This document shows positions 17,294 to 25,992 of a DNA stretch of 64,000 bases, piece after piece. Where the stretch lies: the IMG/VR virus record IMGVR_UViG_3300043571_000425. One strand, 5' to 3'. How positions within the stretch are numbered: the stretch's first letter is position 1; every line of letters begins with the position of its first letter. The translations under genes were made by a program, and so were the position numbers. The DNA is from a virus. Under the pieces are notes generated by a model. The model was not told where the DNA came from. It did not search any database and saw only the letters and a list, made by a program, of their open reading frames with translations.

Positions 17294-17756
17294 GCGAGAG
17301 GTGTCTTAACTTATCAGGCAATCGCCAAATCATATCAGACTTACTATTTATCCCAGTCAAAATAAATCCAGAAGCCCTATAAATAGTACCGTCTCCACAC
17401 TGACAAGCATCAGAAAAGCTAAGAACCCATTTTAGATGCGGCGCGTGTTTTCTTAATAGTTTAAATGCAATTGATAACGCCCTGCTTTCACTATTTCTTG
17501 GCAGATTGTCACTAAATGCCATGCGGTTTAATTCAACAAAATCATTCCATTTTGTATCTTCAACTAACCCGATGACCTTGCTTTTGTCCAGTGGTGAACC
17601 GAACTGCATCGCACCTTCAAGACTACCATTGTAGAAAACACCAATATGTATCCGTGAGTTATTAACAACCTTCCCTGAGTAATGAAGTTTTTTAATAATA
17701 GCGTTAGCTTCCTGGCTGGTGATAGGTTTTAGAATAATGTTTTTAGCTTTACCCAT
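17271..17756 (-). CDS. Mom-like GNAT-fold protein (putative DNA-modification acyltransferase), apparently truncated
   Basis: The motifs LHYSGKVV, VELNRMAFSDNLPRNSESRALS and VLSFSDACQCGDGTIYRASGFILTG match my recollection of the Mom/GNAT-like phage family (HY..., EL.R...N.eS, s.aD...G.iY.AsnF..G). The ORF stops 4 codons after a G10 tract. Confidence 0.45.
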   Translation of the reverse strand: MGKAKNIILKPITSQEANAIIKKLHYSGKVVNNSRIHIGVFYNGSLEGAMQFGSPLDKSKVIGLVEDTKWNDFVELNRMAFSDNLPRNSESRALSIAFKLLRKHAPHLKWVLSFSDACQCGDGTIYRASGFILTGINSKSDMIWRLPDKLRHLSRGGGYGS

Positions 17757-18396
17757 GACTCCCTACAAACATTTCACATATTCTCGCTAATGAATTGCCG
17801 TTTGAATTTTGATTCGGACTCTCATCAAATTCTCCCATCCCCTTCGCCACGCTAATAGCATCTTTCACGGTGGCAACCTGTTCCTCTGTTAACGTAAAAT
17901 TCATACTTGATAACGTAGCGCGATCGCCAGACGGAATATCGCCAAGCGCGTCCCCCCATTCTGAATCATCGGGCTTTTCCTCATCCAAAAAACTCAACTC
18001 CAGTTCACTAAACCCAGTCAAGTCCAAATCAAACCCTTCATCCTGCAAAAACTCAAAATCAATCTTTAACATTTCCGGGTCAAATCCGGTATTCATTGTC
18101 AACTTATTATGAGTCAACCGATAGGCGACTTTTTGGGCTTCAGTCAGTCCCGTTACCTGAATCACTGGAATAGTAGCATCGCCTCGCTTCTTAGCCGCTA
18201 AAAGCCGTCCGTGACCCTCTAGTAATTCCCCTTTCTCGTCAACTGCCACCGGATCTAAAAATGTAAATTCCTCAATGGAGTTTGCTATCTGGTCCACATG
18301 GGAATCAGGATGTAATTTGGCGTTGTGTTTATACGCCATTAATCTGTCAATATCCCATTCCTCAATCTGACTACGCTTAATCGTCTGTTTGTTCAT
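17749..18396 (-). CDS. ParB-like nuclease domain protein
   Basis: The N-terminal IDRLMAYKHNAKLHPDSHVDQIANSIEEFTFLDPVAVDEKGELLEGHGRLLAAKKRG matches the ParB N-terminal (ParBc) pattern. No methyltransferase domain is attached. Confidence 0.7.
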   Translation of the reverse strand: MNKQTIKRSQIEEWDIDRLMAYKHNAKLHPDSHVDQIANSIEEFTFLDPVAVDEKGELLEGHGRLLAAKKRGDATIPVIQVTGLTEAQKVAYRLTHNKLTMNTGFDPEMLKIDFEFLQDEGFDLDLTGFSELELSFLDEEKPDDSEWGDALGDIPSGDRATLSSMNFTLTEEQVATVKDAISVAKGMGEFDESPNQNSNGNSLARICEMFVGSHG

Positions 18397-18961
18397 TTGG
18401 TTTCTCGCTTGGATCTATTATTTCGTAACCTTCCCTAGATAGCTTGTCAGCAGCCGCATTAATGTCAATGAAGTATTTAATACCCCTCACCTCATTAATG
18501 GCATCTGTTGACCGTTTTAACGCCTGTGACCATTGATTAACTTCCGCCGCGTTATGTTGAGCGATCGCCTTCTTCTTTTCCTCACCAACTAACTTTAAAT
18601 CTTCAGCTAATTGTCGAGCTTTAACTTCAATAATTTTAGCAACATAATCCCTCGCTAATTTGTGAACTTTGTAGTTTTCAATAACTATATCTGAGAGTTC
18701 ATCTGATATTTTCTCAGATGTTTTTTCAATAGTCTTCTCCTGAATGGTCGTCTTGAGGGTGTCGCGGTACTGTCGCCTCTGATCTAGCCACAATTCTCGT
18801 TTTACCCAGCCCTCAACCGTCCCCTTTGACTGTCCAGATGCGTCCGCAAGTCCCCTAATTCCTATGTCATCATCAGCCTCAACATAGCGGCGGCGACATT
18901 GTTCTTTAGTCCAAGGGCGTGGTAATTTCTCCCATCTCAATTTAGTAATTCCTATTAGCAA
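18377..18961 (-). CDS. HTH protein, possibly small-terminase-like
   Basis: 194 aa. The N-terminal IGIRGLADASGQSKGTVEGWVKRELW is HTH-like, and the rest is a charged helical region. The functional call is weak. Confidence 0.3.
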   Translation of the reverse strand: MLIGITKLRWEKLPRPWTKEQCRRRYVEADDDIGIRGLADASGQSKGTVEGWVKRELWLDQRRQYRDTLKTTIQEKTIEKTSEKISDELSDIVIENYKVHKLARDYVAKIIEVKARQLAEDLKLVGEEKKKAIAQHNAAEVNQWSQALKRSTDAINEVRGIKYFIDINAAADKLSREGYEIIDPSEKPNEQTDD

Positions 18962-19020
18962 CTAACTCAATAATTGCACATTAATAAAAAATCGCCATCT
19001 TGTGACAGCGATCGCAATTA

Positions 19021-20157
19021 CTATTTTCCAGGTTTCGCCGTCGTAGATTTAACCGCCGTCGTCACAGAACAAGCCAATTGTGATTTTGACATCGCCACAG
19101 TCAACGCCTCTAACGCCGCTTCGCGTTCCACAGTAGCAGGGCATTTTTTAGCTATAAAATCTGCTAAATCAGCAAACTTTGCGGTCAGTTGCCATTGCTC
19201 AGTTAGTGCCATGTGCCGGGTAATCAATAGATTTATAGATTTATCAATAACATATTTTTTCCGCCATTTACAAGCGGTTGTGGAGTCTACGCCCAAAAAT
19301 ATCTCACACCACTGCAAAGATTTTCCAAGCTCAATTGCTTCAATAACTTTTAGCTTTAATTCAATATCAAAACCGACAGGCGCGGTCGGCTTGGGATTGA
19401 CCCTAAACCAATATTTACAATCTTTGCAAGAATACCTACCGCCACGCCTAACGGTGTTGTAACTCTGGCATTTAGGACATTTAACACGCCCGTCAGCAAT
19501 GGCGCGTAACTTTTCCAATCCCTCTTTTTCAATTTGGCGGATCTTCCTGGACCCCATGCCATGAAGTCTGGCAAGTTCCCCAATCGGTATTTTATTAATG
19601 TAAAGTCCGTTGATAATTGCGGCGTGTATTTCCGGCAACTGGTTTATCAATGGCGTGATTCTATCCAGTTCCTCCTGTTGTTCATCCGTCAAAGCCTCCG
19701 GTAATTCTGAATTATGCTGATTACACGCCGTTGCACATTCTTTAGCTAAGTCCAATGGAATATCAAGAGATAAAGCAGCTTGTTCATAGGTAACGCCGTG
19801 CTTTTGTGCATACCGTTTAATCTTTTGGTGAGTTTCTTGTAGTGTTCTAGGAACTTTGATCAGCCGCCCCTTGTCACGGATAAATTGCAAGATTGCACCA
19901 TTAATAAATAGAACCGCAATACTTGATAATTTACACTTCTTTTCAGGGTCAAATCTCTCAATTGCCCTAATTAATCCAGTTGCCCCAATTTGGACTAAAT
20001 CATCATAGGGTAGGTCACAGCAGAAGGTCATTTTATGAGCAACTTTATGGACTAGTCCCATGTTGTTAATAACAATCTTGTTTCTAATTCTTATATCTTT
20101 AGTGGCGTGATAATTGATTAATAATTGAAGATTGTCTTCATAATTGGTATTTGACAT
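19021..20157 (-). CDS. sigma-70 family sigma factor fused to a C-terminal zinc ribbon plus HTH extension
   Basis: Region 2: NNMGLVHKVAHKM...YDDLVQIGATGLIRAIERFDPEKKCKLSSIAVLFINGAILQFIRD. Region 4: INKIPIGELARLHGMGSRKIRQIEKEGLEKLR. This is followed by VKCPKCQSYNTVRRGGRYSCKDCKYWF (a CxxC...CxxC ribbon) and about 140 further residues. Confidence 0.85.
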   Translation of the reverse strand: MSNTNYEDNLQLLINYHATKDIRIRNKIVINNMGLVHKVAHKMTFCCDLPYDDLVQIGATGLIRAIERFDPEKKCKLSSIAVLFINGAILQFIRDKGRLIKVPRTLQETHQKIKRYAQKHGVTYEQAALSLDIPLDLAKECATACNQHNSELPEALTDEQQEELDRITPLINQLPEIHAAIINGLYINKIPIGELARLHGMGSRKIRQIEKEGLEKLRAIADGRVKCPKCQSYNTVRRGGRYSCKDCKYWFRVNPKPTAPVGFDIELKLKVIEAIELGKSLQWCEIFLGVDSTTACKWRKKYVIDKSINLLITRHMALTEQWQLTAKFADLADFIAKKCPATVEREAALEALTVAMSKSQLACSVTTAVKSTTAKPGK

Positions 20158-20210
20158 AAGTGATTGAAGTTGTGATAAAATTATCTGAATATCTATAATC
20201 TAATACAATC

Positions 20211-20384
20211 ATGGATGATTTAACGCAGAAACTTCAATCATTATTAGACGGATTTGGGAATAGAGGTAGTGGCAGAATTGAACGACGGAGCGACGGTTTT
20301 TATTATGTGAATAAAATCGTTGTCATGCACCTTGACCGCAACTATCACAACGCAGTTTCAATATTAAAGCAATTGTTTATTTAA
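20211..20384 (+). CDS. possible small ORF (57 aa), below the ORF-track cutoff
   Basis: Runs from ATG 20211 to TAA 20382-20384 (MDDLTQKLQSLLDGFGNRGSGRIERRSDGFYYVNKIVVMHLDRNYHNAVSILKQLFI). A TATAAT at 20194-20199 lies just upstream, and there is no clear SD. Confidence 0.3.
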   Translation: MDDLTQKLQSLLDGFGNRGSGRIERRSDGFYYVNKIVVMHLDRNYHNAVSILKQLFI

Positions 20385-20393
20385 GAGTTAATC

Positions 20394-21005
20394 ATGATTT
20401 TAAACGATGCACAGATAACGGAATTGGCAGCTAGTGGGATGATCAACCCATTTCAGCCTCAATTAATTAGAGAGGTTAGTATCTGCGGTCATGAACTAAT
20501 GGAGAATCAGATCAGGAAAGTGATTAGTTATGGGCTGTCGTCTTACGGTTACGATATCCGATTAAGCCCTAAAGAATTTAAAGTTTTTAAGCATATTCCG
20601 GGTACAATTGTTAACCCTAAGAACTTTAATTCTGGTAATTTAGAGTCAGTAGAATTACAGCGTGATCAATGGGGTGATTTTTTCATAATCCCCGCTCATT
20701 CTTACGGGCTGGGTGTGGCAATTGAAAGGTTAGAAATGCCGTCAGATTTAACAGCTATTTGTGTGGGAAAATCAACTTATGCGAGGGCTGGTTTAATAGC
20801 TAATTTAACACCTGTAGAAAGTTCGTGGCGAGGGAATTTAACTATCGAGATATCCAATTCATCAAGTGCAGATTGTCGAGTGTATGCGAATGAAGGTATT
20901 TGTCAACTGCTATTTTTCAAAGGTGAACCATGCGCTGTTTCTTATGAAGATAGGCATGGTAAATATCAAGATCAACCTGAGCAAATTGTACTAGCAAAAG
21001 TTTAA
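20394..21005 (+). CDS. dcd: dCTP deaminase
   Basis: MILNDAQI...INPF, SSYGYDIRL, GKSTYARAGLIANLTPVESSWRGNLTIEISN and GICQLLFF are the conserved Dcd blocks. Confidence 0.9.
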   Translation: MILNDAQITELAASGMINPFQPQLIREVSICGHELMENQIRKVISYGLSSYGYDIRLSPKEFKVFKHIPGTIVNPKNFNSGNLESVELQRDQWGDFFIIPAHSYGLGVAIERLEMPSDLTAICVGKSTYARAGLIANLTPVESSWRGNLTIEISNSSSADCRVYANEGICQLLFFKGEPCAVSYEDRHGKYQDQPEQIVLAKV

Positions 21006-21006
21006 T

Positions 21007-21231
21007 ATGAATCACGATCATCCATCTCATTACAACCAAGGCAATATAGAGTGTATTGACGCGATCGCCTCCGCACTTTCTCCCCAAGAATTAGACGGTT
21101 TTGTTCGCGGTAATGTAATGAAATATATATGGCGATCGCCTCACAAAAATAAAGTTGAGGACTTGAAAAAAGCCCTATGGTATTTGAGTTGGTATATATC
21201 TAGGTTGGAGAAAGATGATGCAACTAATTAA
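21007..21231 (+). CDS. DUF3310-family protein
   Basis: HYNQGNIECIDAI...GFVRGNVMKYIWRSPHKNKVEDLKKALWYL matches the DUF3310 signature (HY..g.iE.id.i...gf..gN..KY..R...K....dl.Ka..Yl). Confidence 0.65.
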   Translation: MNHDHPSHYNQGNIECIDAIASALSPQELDGFVRGNVMKYIWRSPHKNKVEDLKKALWYLSWYISRLEKDDATN

Positions 21232-21952
21232 AGATTCTCGATTTCAAGTAGTTATTGATAAAGATGCGAGTTCCCCAAACCCCCAAGTCGCTATATGGAA
21301 AGGTCAGCATAGATGTGTTGCCGAAAAGTTTTTACCCGACGATAAGACACCTACCCCAGAAAGCTGTGGAGAAGCCGTCATCAAATATCAGTTAGCAGGT
21401 GACAGGGGGCATTATTCAGTTCTCAGAAAAGCCTTTGTTAGTTTCCACTGTTTAGGATTTCCCCATAGTGTCGTGAGTCAAATCACAAGACATCAAGATT
21501 CAGCTTTTCTTGTTCAGTCAATGCGATATACAGGACAAAGAATTGTTGATTGTGCTGAGGGTGATATTCCTATTGAGGATGTTTTCTATTTCCGTCCTGT
21601 GGGGAGTTATTTTGACAGGAAAGGGAAAAAATATGAATACACGGAAGAGAGAAGAGAGAAGCAAAAAAGAAGCAGATTGTTAGCAGCAAAAGAATATGCT
21701 AATGAAATGAGTCTGGGATATTCTGAGGAGCATTCCAGAGATGATTTACCTTATGGATTCCGCCAAGATTTTGACCTTAGTGGAGACTTGCAAGCTGTTT
21801 GGCATTTGCTTGACCAGCGCACCAAAGCCGATTCTCAAATAGAAGTCAGAACACTTGCATGGATGATATTAGATTGTTTGAAAGAATTTACTCCTGAGCT
21901 TACCCAATGGTATTTAGAAAATCGTGCGGGTAAAGCTAGACTTGCTCCTTGA
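21215..21952 (+). CDS. thyX: ThyX-like flavin-dependent thymidylate synthase (divergent motif)
   Basis: ITRHQDSAFLVQSMRY aligns with the ThyX signature RHRxxSxxxQSxRY, but reads RHQ-DSA in place of RHR-xxS. The gene overlaps the preceding gene by 17 nt. Confidence 0.6.
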   Translation: MMQLIKDSRFQVVIDKDASSPNPQVAIWKGQHRCVAEKFLPDDKTPTPESCGEAVIKYQLAGDRGHYSVLRKAFVSFHCLGFPHSVVSQITRHQDSAFLVQSMRYTGQRIVDCAEGDIPIEDVFYFRPVGSYFDRKGKKYEYTEERREKQKRSRLLAAKEYANEMSLGYSEEHSRDDLPYGFRQDFDLSGDLQAVWHLLDQRTKADSQIEVRTLAWMILDCLKEFTPELTQWYLENRAGKARLAP

Positions 21953-22157
21953 TGTTTAACGCGATCGCTTTTCCATCTTGTAGGGATTGGTGCGCGATCG
22001 CATTTCTATTATACCGAATTATGTTATTATTAGTAAATACCCAAAAACGCGACTATTCAAAGTAGCCACGTTTTTAATTATCGGGTATGCGAATTATTTG
22101 TGATGTAGCAATATTTAAACAATGTTATTATTTATGGAATAACTATTAATAAATAAC

Positions 22158-23075
22158 ATGAAAAATCAAATTATTCACGGTGATTGTTTTGAGGTTTTAA
22201 AGAGTATTTCTGATAAATCAATTGATGCTGTAATCACAGATCCGCCTTATAAGTATTTAAAGCATAAACTAGAAACTAACTGGGATGAGAAACTATTTTT
22301 CATTGAGGTTTTACGCATCCTCAAAAAAGATAGTTTCTTAGTATTTTTCGGCAGGGGTGAATCTTGGTTTAGGTGGAATTATCTTTGTCAGGAATTAGGC
22401 TTTAATTTTAAAGAAGAGATTATATGGGACAAGGTTAGAACTTCTAATCCTATGTGTACGATGCCACGTTCTCATGAAAATATTGCTATTTATACAAATG
22501 GTAAAGGTACATTAAACGAAGCTAGGATAGATAAGCTGGAATATGATTCAATCGCAAACCCAAAAGCTATGGTTAATGATTTCAAGAGAATGCTGGCAAC
22601 TATTAAAAATATTAATTCATGGGATGATTTTATATTATTTAAAAGCGGTACTCTAGGTAGTTCTGATGTTATTAGGCGCAGTGAGGTTACGATACAAGGC
22701 GGAATGAAAAAATGTGATAGAGGTTCAGGAACTTTTAAATCTCACGACAAAGGGCGGAGAATACCCTCTATTTTCAGATGTTTGAACGATTACTATAATT
22801 ACGTACACCCCACACAAAAGCCATTATTACTTATACAGAAATTAATAGAATTGACCACTGTTTCAGGTGCTATGATCTTAGATCCCTTTTGTGGTAGTGG
22901 TACAACTGCCGTAGCCTGTAAAGAACTTGGTAGAAATTATATTTGCATTGAGAAAGAATTAGAATATTATCAAATAGCTTGTCAACGCATAAACCAACCT
23001 ATTGAACCTGAAAAAGAGGTTGTTCCGGTGGTTGAGGAGTTGCCGAAAGTTGAGCAATTATCACTATTTGGTTAA
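22158..23075 (+). CDS. DNA methyltransferase (N6-A/N4-C, beta class)
   Basis: Motif IV VITDPPY lies near the N-terminus. The C-terminal HPTQKPLLLIQKLIELTT...ILDPFCGSGTTAVACKELGRNYICIE carries motif I (FxGSGTT). This is the typical permuted N6_N4_Mtase order. Confidence 0.9.
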   Translation: MKNQIIHGDCFEVLKSISDKSIDAVITDPPYKYLKHKLETNWDEKLFFIEVLRILKKDSFLVFFGRGESWFRWNYLCQELGFNFKEEIIWDKVRTSNPMCTMPRSHENIAIYTNGKGTLNEARIDKLEYDSIANPKAMVNDFKRMLATIKNINSWDDFILFKSGTLGSSDVIRRSEVTIQGGMKKCDRGSGTFKSHDKGRRIPSIFRCLNDYYNYVHPTQKPLLLIQKLIELTTVSGAMILDPFCGSGTTAVACKELGRNYICIEKELEYYQIACQRINQPIEPEKEVVPVVEELPKVEQLSLFG

Positions 23076-23291
23076 TCCCTAAAACCCTTACCCTGCCTAC
23101 GTTCCCAGCTTTCCCTACAGAATCTTATTCATGGTTGCCAAAAGTGAAGAATTTAATTAATTTTTTCTTCTGATTGATCTGTTTCCCCTAAAATCCTCTT
23201 TTTGATTAAACGCATTTAAGTTATATGGCATGAAGAAAAAGATTCTGTATGGAAAATCCAGAACCTAGTCACAGCAAGGGTTATTGAAATA

Positions 23292-23320
23292 TTGATAATC
23301 TTATTAAAATAGCCTATAAT
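23292..23320 (+). promoter_or_regulatory. near-consensus sigma70 promoter upstream of the Csf-like operon
   Basis: TTGATA (23292-23297), exactly 17 nt, TATAAT (23315-23320), within a 270-nt non-coding gap. Confidence 0.6.
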
Positions 23321-23344
23321 ACCCATAACGGACAAAACGCCCCA

Positions 23345-24304
23345 GTGGCCCTGAACCCACCAAGACGTTTTTTATCAGTCCGCTCAATCTGCTCATTTTT
23401 CACCCGCACAGATCAAGAAATATATATGAATAATAACGTAAAACTCCCAGAATTGCAAGGTACAACCGTACTCACCCGCCAACAAATTTTAGACACCCGT
23501 GAAATGGCGTTTGGCGTGGCGGACAAGATGAGCGATCGCCAACTTCTAACCCACATGGGGATATTAAACTCATTGATATGGCGGGCTGCTACTGACTATC
23601 AGGCTATACGCAAGGATAACGACGGCGTGGAAAGGATTATTCCTGAGAACTGGAATAATTTATTAGCCTGTTCGGTTCAGGGTGAGGTACAAATAACAAT
23701 CCCTATTGACTGGACTGACAAGTATTTAAAAACCTATTGGACGGGCGCGTTCCATGACCAGAAAACCGTGAGAACCTACCGGAAACAGCAGTTATCATGG
23801 GGACTATTTTATTTTGATATTGAGAACCGTCCCAAGGGCGCTATGTGGGGAGCATTCACAGGCACTCCCAACCAAGGAATAGCTACACCGCCCGTATTAG
23901 AACGGGTTGACGTTGCCAGAATATTAATTTTTTATCAGATGTTTGATCAAATTAGGCGCTCCAAAATTAACGAAAAACTTAAAAATTCTGAGGATGTAAC
24001 CGCGTTTGACTGTATGCCGGATCATGGCGGTATGGTGATGGTTGAACTCTACAACGCCTTATTTTTTGGTGTCTCAGAGTTTTTTGGGGGTTCTTATGGG
24101 AGTTCCGATATAGTCATCGGGAGCATAGAACCCTTACCAGCGACTAAGGTGATTGTATGGCAGTGGCAGAAGCCGAAGGGACTATTTAGGGCATTATGGG
24201 AACGGATGGTGATTAAGGCTGGATTTGTTGCTAAACAGGCGTTAAAGATTGTCACTCAGATGGTAGTCGAGCCGATGGGAGAATTAGCAGAAGTTCCGTT
24301 TTAA
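23345..24304 (+). CDS. hypothetical protein, first gene of the Csf-like operon
   Basis: The ORF begins at GTG 23345, with an alternative start at ATG 23426 (MNNNVKL). No motif recognised. It shares strand and promoter with 24351-28155. Confidence 0.5.
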   Translation: MALNPPRRFLSVRSICSFFTRTDQEIYMNNNVKLPELQGTTVLTRQQILDTREMAFGVADKMSDRQLLTHMGILNSLIWRAATDYQAIRKDNDGVERIIPENWNNLLACSVQGEVQITIPIDWTDKYLKTYWTGAFHDQKTVRTYRKQQLSWGLFYFDIENRPKGAMWGAFTGTPNQGIATPPVLERVDVARILIFYQMFDQIRRSKINEKLKNSEDVTAFDCMPDHGGMVMVELYNALFFGVSEFFGGSYGSSDIVIGSIEPLPATKVIVWQWQKPKGLFRALWERMVIKAGFVAKQALKIVTQMVVEPMGELAEVPF

Positions 24305-24350
24305 ATGTCCAATTTTCTCCGATAATAATGTTAGTTAATTTAAAATTAAG

Positions 24351-24869
24351 ATGAACAATAATAATTATGGAATGTCTCAAACACGAGACAAATGTTATGG
24401 CGTAGCCGCTTGTCTTACCTATTGGGCTTTCAAGTGCCGTGACAGAAAACGTAGTCCAGCGATGGGTACTAAAACCTGGACTTACTTGGAATCAAGTATT
24501 AGAAATTCGGCTGAAATATCAACTAATTTAGAAGATTATTTGCAGCGACTTTGTGATAAACTTTGTTCACAATTACGCCCAATCGAGTTAACAAAAATAA
24601 TTCAGCCAACACAACGGATACTAAGAGTAAATGAAGATGCGACGGAAATCAAGGAACTTCCTGTAGATCAAAACTTAGTATTCATGGGATGGTTGGACTT
24701 ATTGAATGACATAGCTCCTCACGGATTTAGTGAATGGGATGTCTTGGAACTACTGAGAACCAAAGCAGGGATTATTCAAGTAATTTGTAGATTACGGTTT
24801 GAGGAAGACCGCAGTTTAGGGTTAGATGAACCAGAAGAGTTTATAGAAGTTGAGGTGACAAATGTTTGA
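24351..24869 (+). CDS. small protein in the cas11 position (Cas11-like, unverified)
   Basis: 172 aa, immediately upstream of and overlapping (ATGTTTGA) the Cas7-like gene. The assignment is by position and size only. Confidence 0.3.
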   Translation: MNNNNYGMSQTRDKCYGVAACLTYWAFKCRDRKRSPAMGTKTWTYLESSIRNSAEISTNLEDYLQRLCDKLCSQLRPIELTKIIQPTQRILRVNEDATEIKELPVDQNLVFMGWLDLLNDIAPHGFSEWDVLELLRTKAGIIQVICRLRFEEDRSLGLDEPEEFIEVEVTNV

Positions 24870-25992
24870 TAATTACGATGTTTTTGACCGTGAAAGATTG
24901 ACATTGCATTGTGTAATTACGACACAAACGCCACTTTCACATATTGGGGAAGTGTCGGGAAATGTGAGCAATTTAAAAACATTAAAATTACTGGATTTTG
25001 AAGGTAATCCCAGAAGTGTTTTCACCTATTCTGGAAATGCCTTGAGAAATGGTTTGTTACGGCGTGTAGGTGTAGCTGCGGCGTTAACTGAATTAGGATT
25101 ACAGGTAAATCCTGATACACACCATACAATGTTTGCAGGTGGCAGGATTGATGCCGGTACAGCTTCAGATATGGAACTTGATAAAAAGATCCGGGTTCTA
25201 ATGCCTTGGTTGTCGGTCTTAGGAACTGCTAAACCTGCTAAAGTGTTTGGTTCTAAAGATGCCCAAATGGTGCAAGGTAGGATTAATGTAGGTTCTGCTT
25301 ACTTGGCTTGTTATGAGTCAGCAGAGTACATCTACAATCAGATACCAGCAATATTACCACCGGAAATACAGCCAGCCATTCAGAAGCTAATTGAGGCTAA
25401 AAATAGACTATCTTCAGACCCATTCACCCCTACAAAGGCTGAGGATTTAGATAATTGGAATCAAGTAAAAAGTGATTATTTACCTTTAATTAGAAAGGTA
25501 ATGAAAACTTGGACTGAGTATTTAACGGTTGATCAAACTACCCGCAGAGATGCAACTTTAGATCCTAATTTGATTAAATTTCTGCCAACAGAAGTACAGG
25601 CGCAACTCAAGGGAGATGGTGCAGCTAAAGAGAAAAAATCAGATCAAATGATTGCTTCCGATAGATTAATTATGCCAGGAGCAAAACTATATTCAAGATG
25701 GGACTTGAACTGCACCAAGGTTGAGCAGGGTTGGATTTTTGATACATTACTCAAGTTTGCACAATTTCCATACTTGGGCGGTAAAGGTAATCGTGGCAAT
25801 GGTCGAGTTAGCATGAATTTCTGGTTTAGTTCTGAATCAGAGCGCGGATTGTTGTGGAGTTCTGAAAGTGGAGTTGAGAGCGATAAATTCAATCTAGCAC
25901 ACGCTAAATATAGGGAATATATCAATCAGTATCAACAGTTTTTAAGTGAAGCGAAAACATCAACTGAATTAAGGAGTCTGTTAGGTGGATAA
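24862..25992 (+). CDS. csf2: RAMP protein, Cas7/Csf2-like
   Basis: N-terminal LTLHCVITTQTPLSHIGE, then FTYSGNALRNGLLRR, and a C-terminal glycine-rich loop FPYLGGKGNRGNGRVSM. These are classic Cas7-type RAMP features. Confidence 0.65.
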   Translation: MFDNYDVFDRERLTLHCVITTQTPLSHIGEVSGNVSNLKTLKLLDFEGNPRSVFTYSGNALRNGLLRRVGVAAALTELGLQVNPDTHHTMFAGGRIDAGTASDMELDKKIRVLMPWLSVLGTAKPAKVFGSKDAQMVQGRINVGSAYLACYESAEYIYNQIPAILPPEIQPAIQKLIEAKNRLSSDPFTPTKAEDLDNWNQVKSDYLPLIRKVMKTWTEYLTVDQTTRRDATLDPNLIKFLPTEVQAQLKGDGAAKEKKSDQMIASDRLIMPGAKLYSRWDLNCTKVEQGWIFDTLLKFAQFPYLGGKGNRGNGRVSMNFWFSSESERGLLWSSESGVESDKFNLAHAKYREYINQYQQFLSEAKTSTELRSLLGG

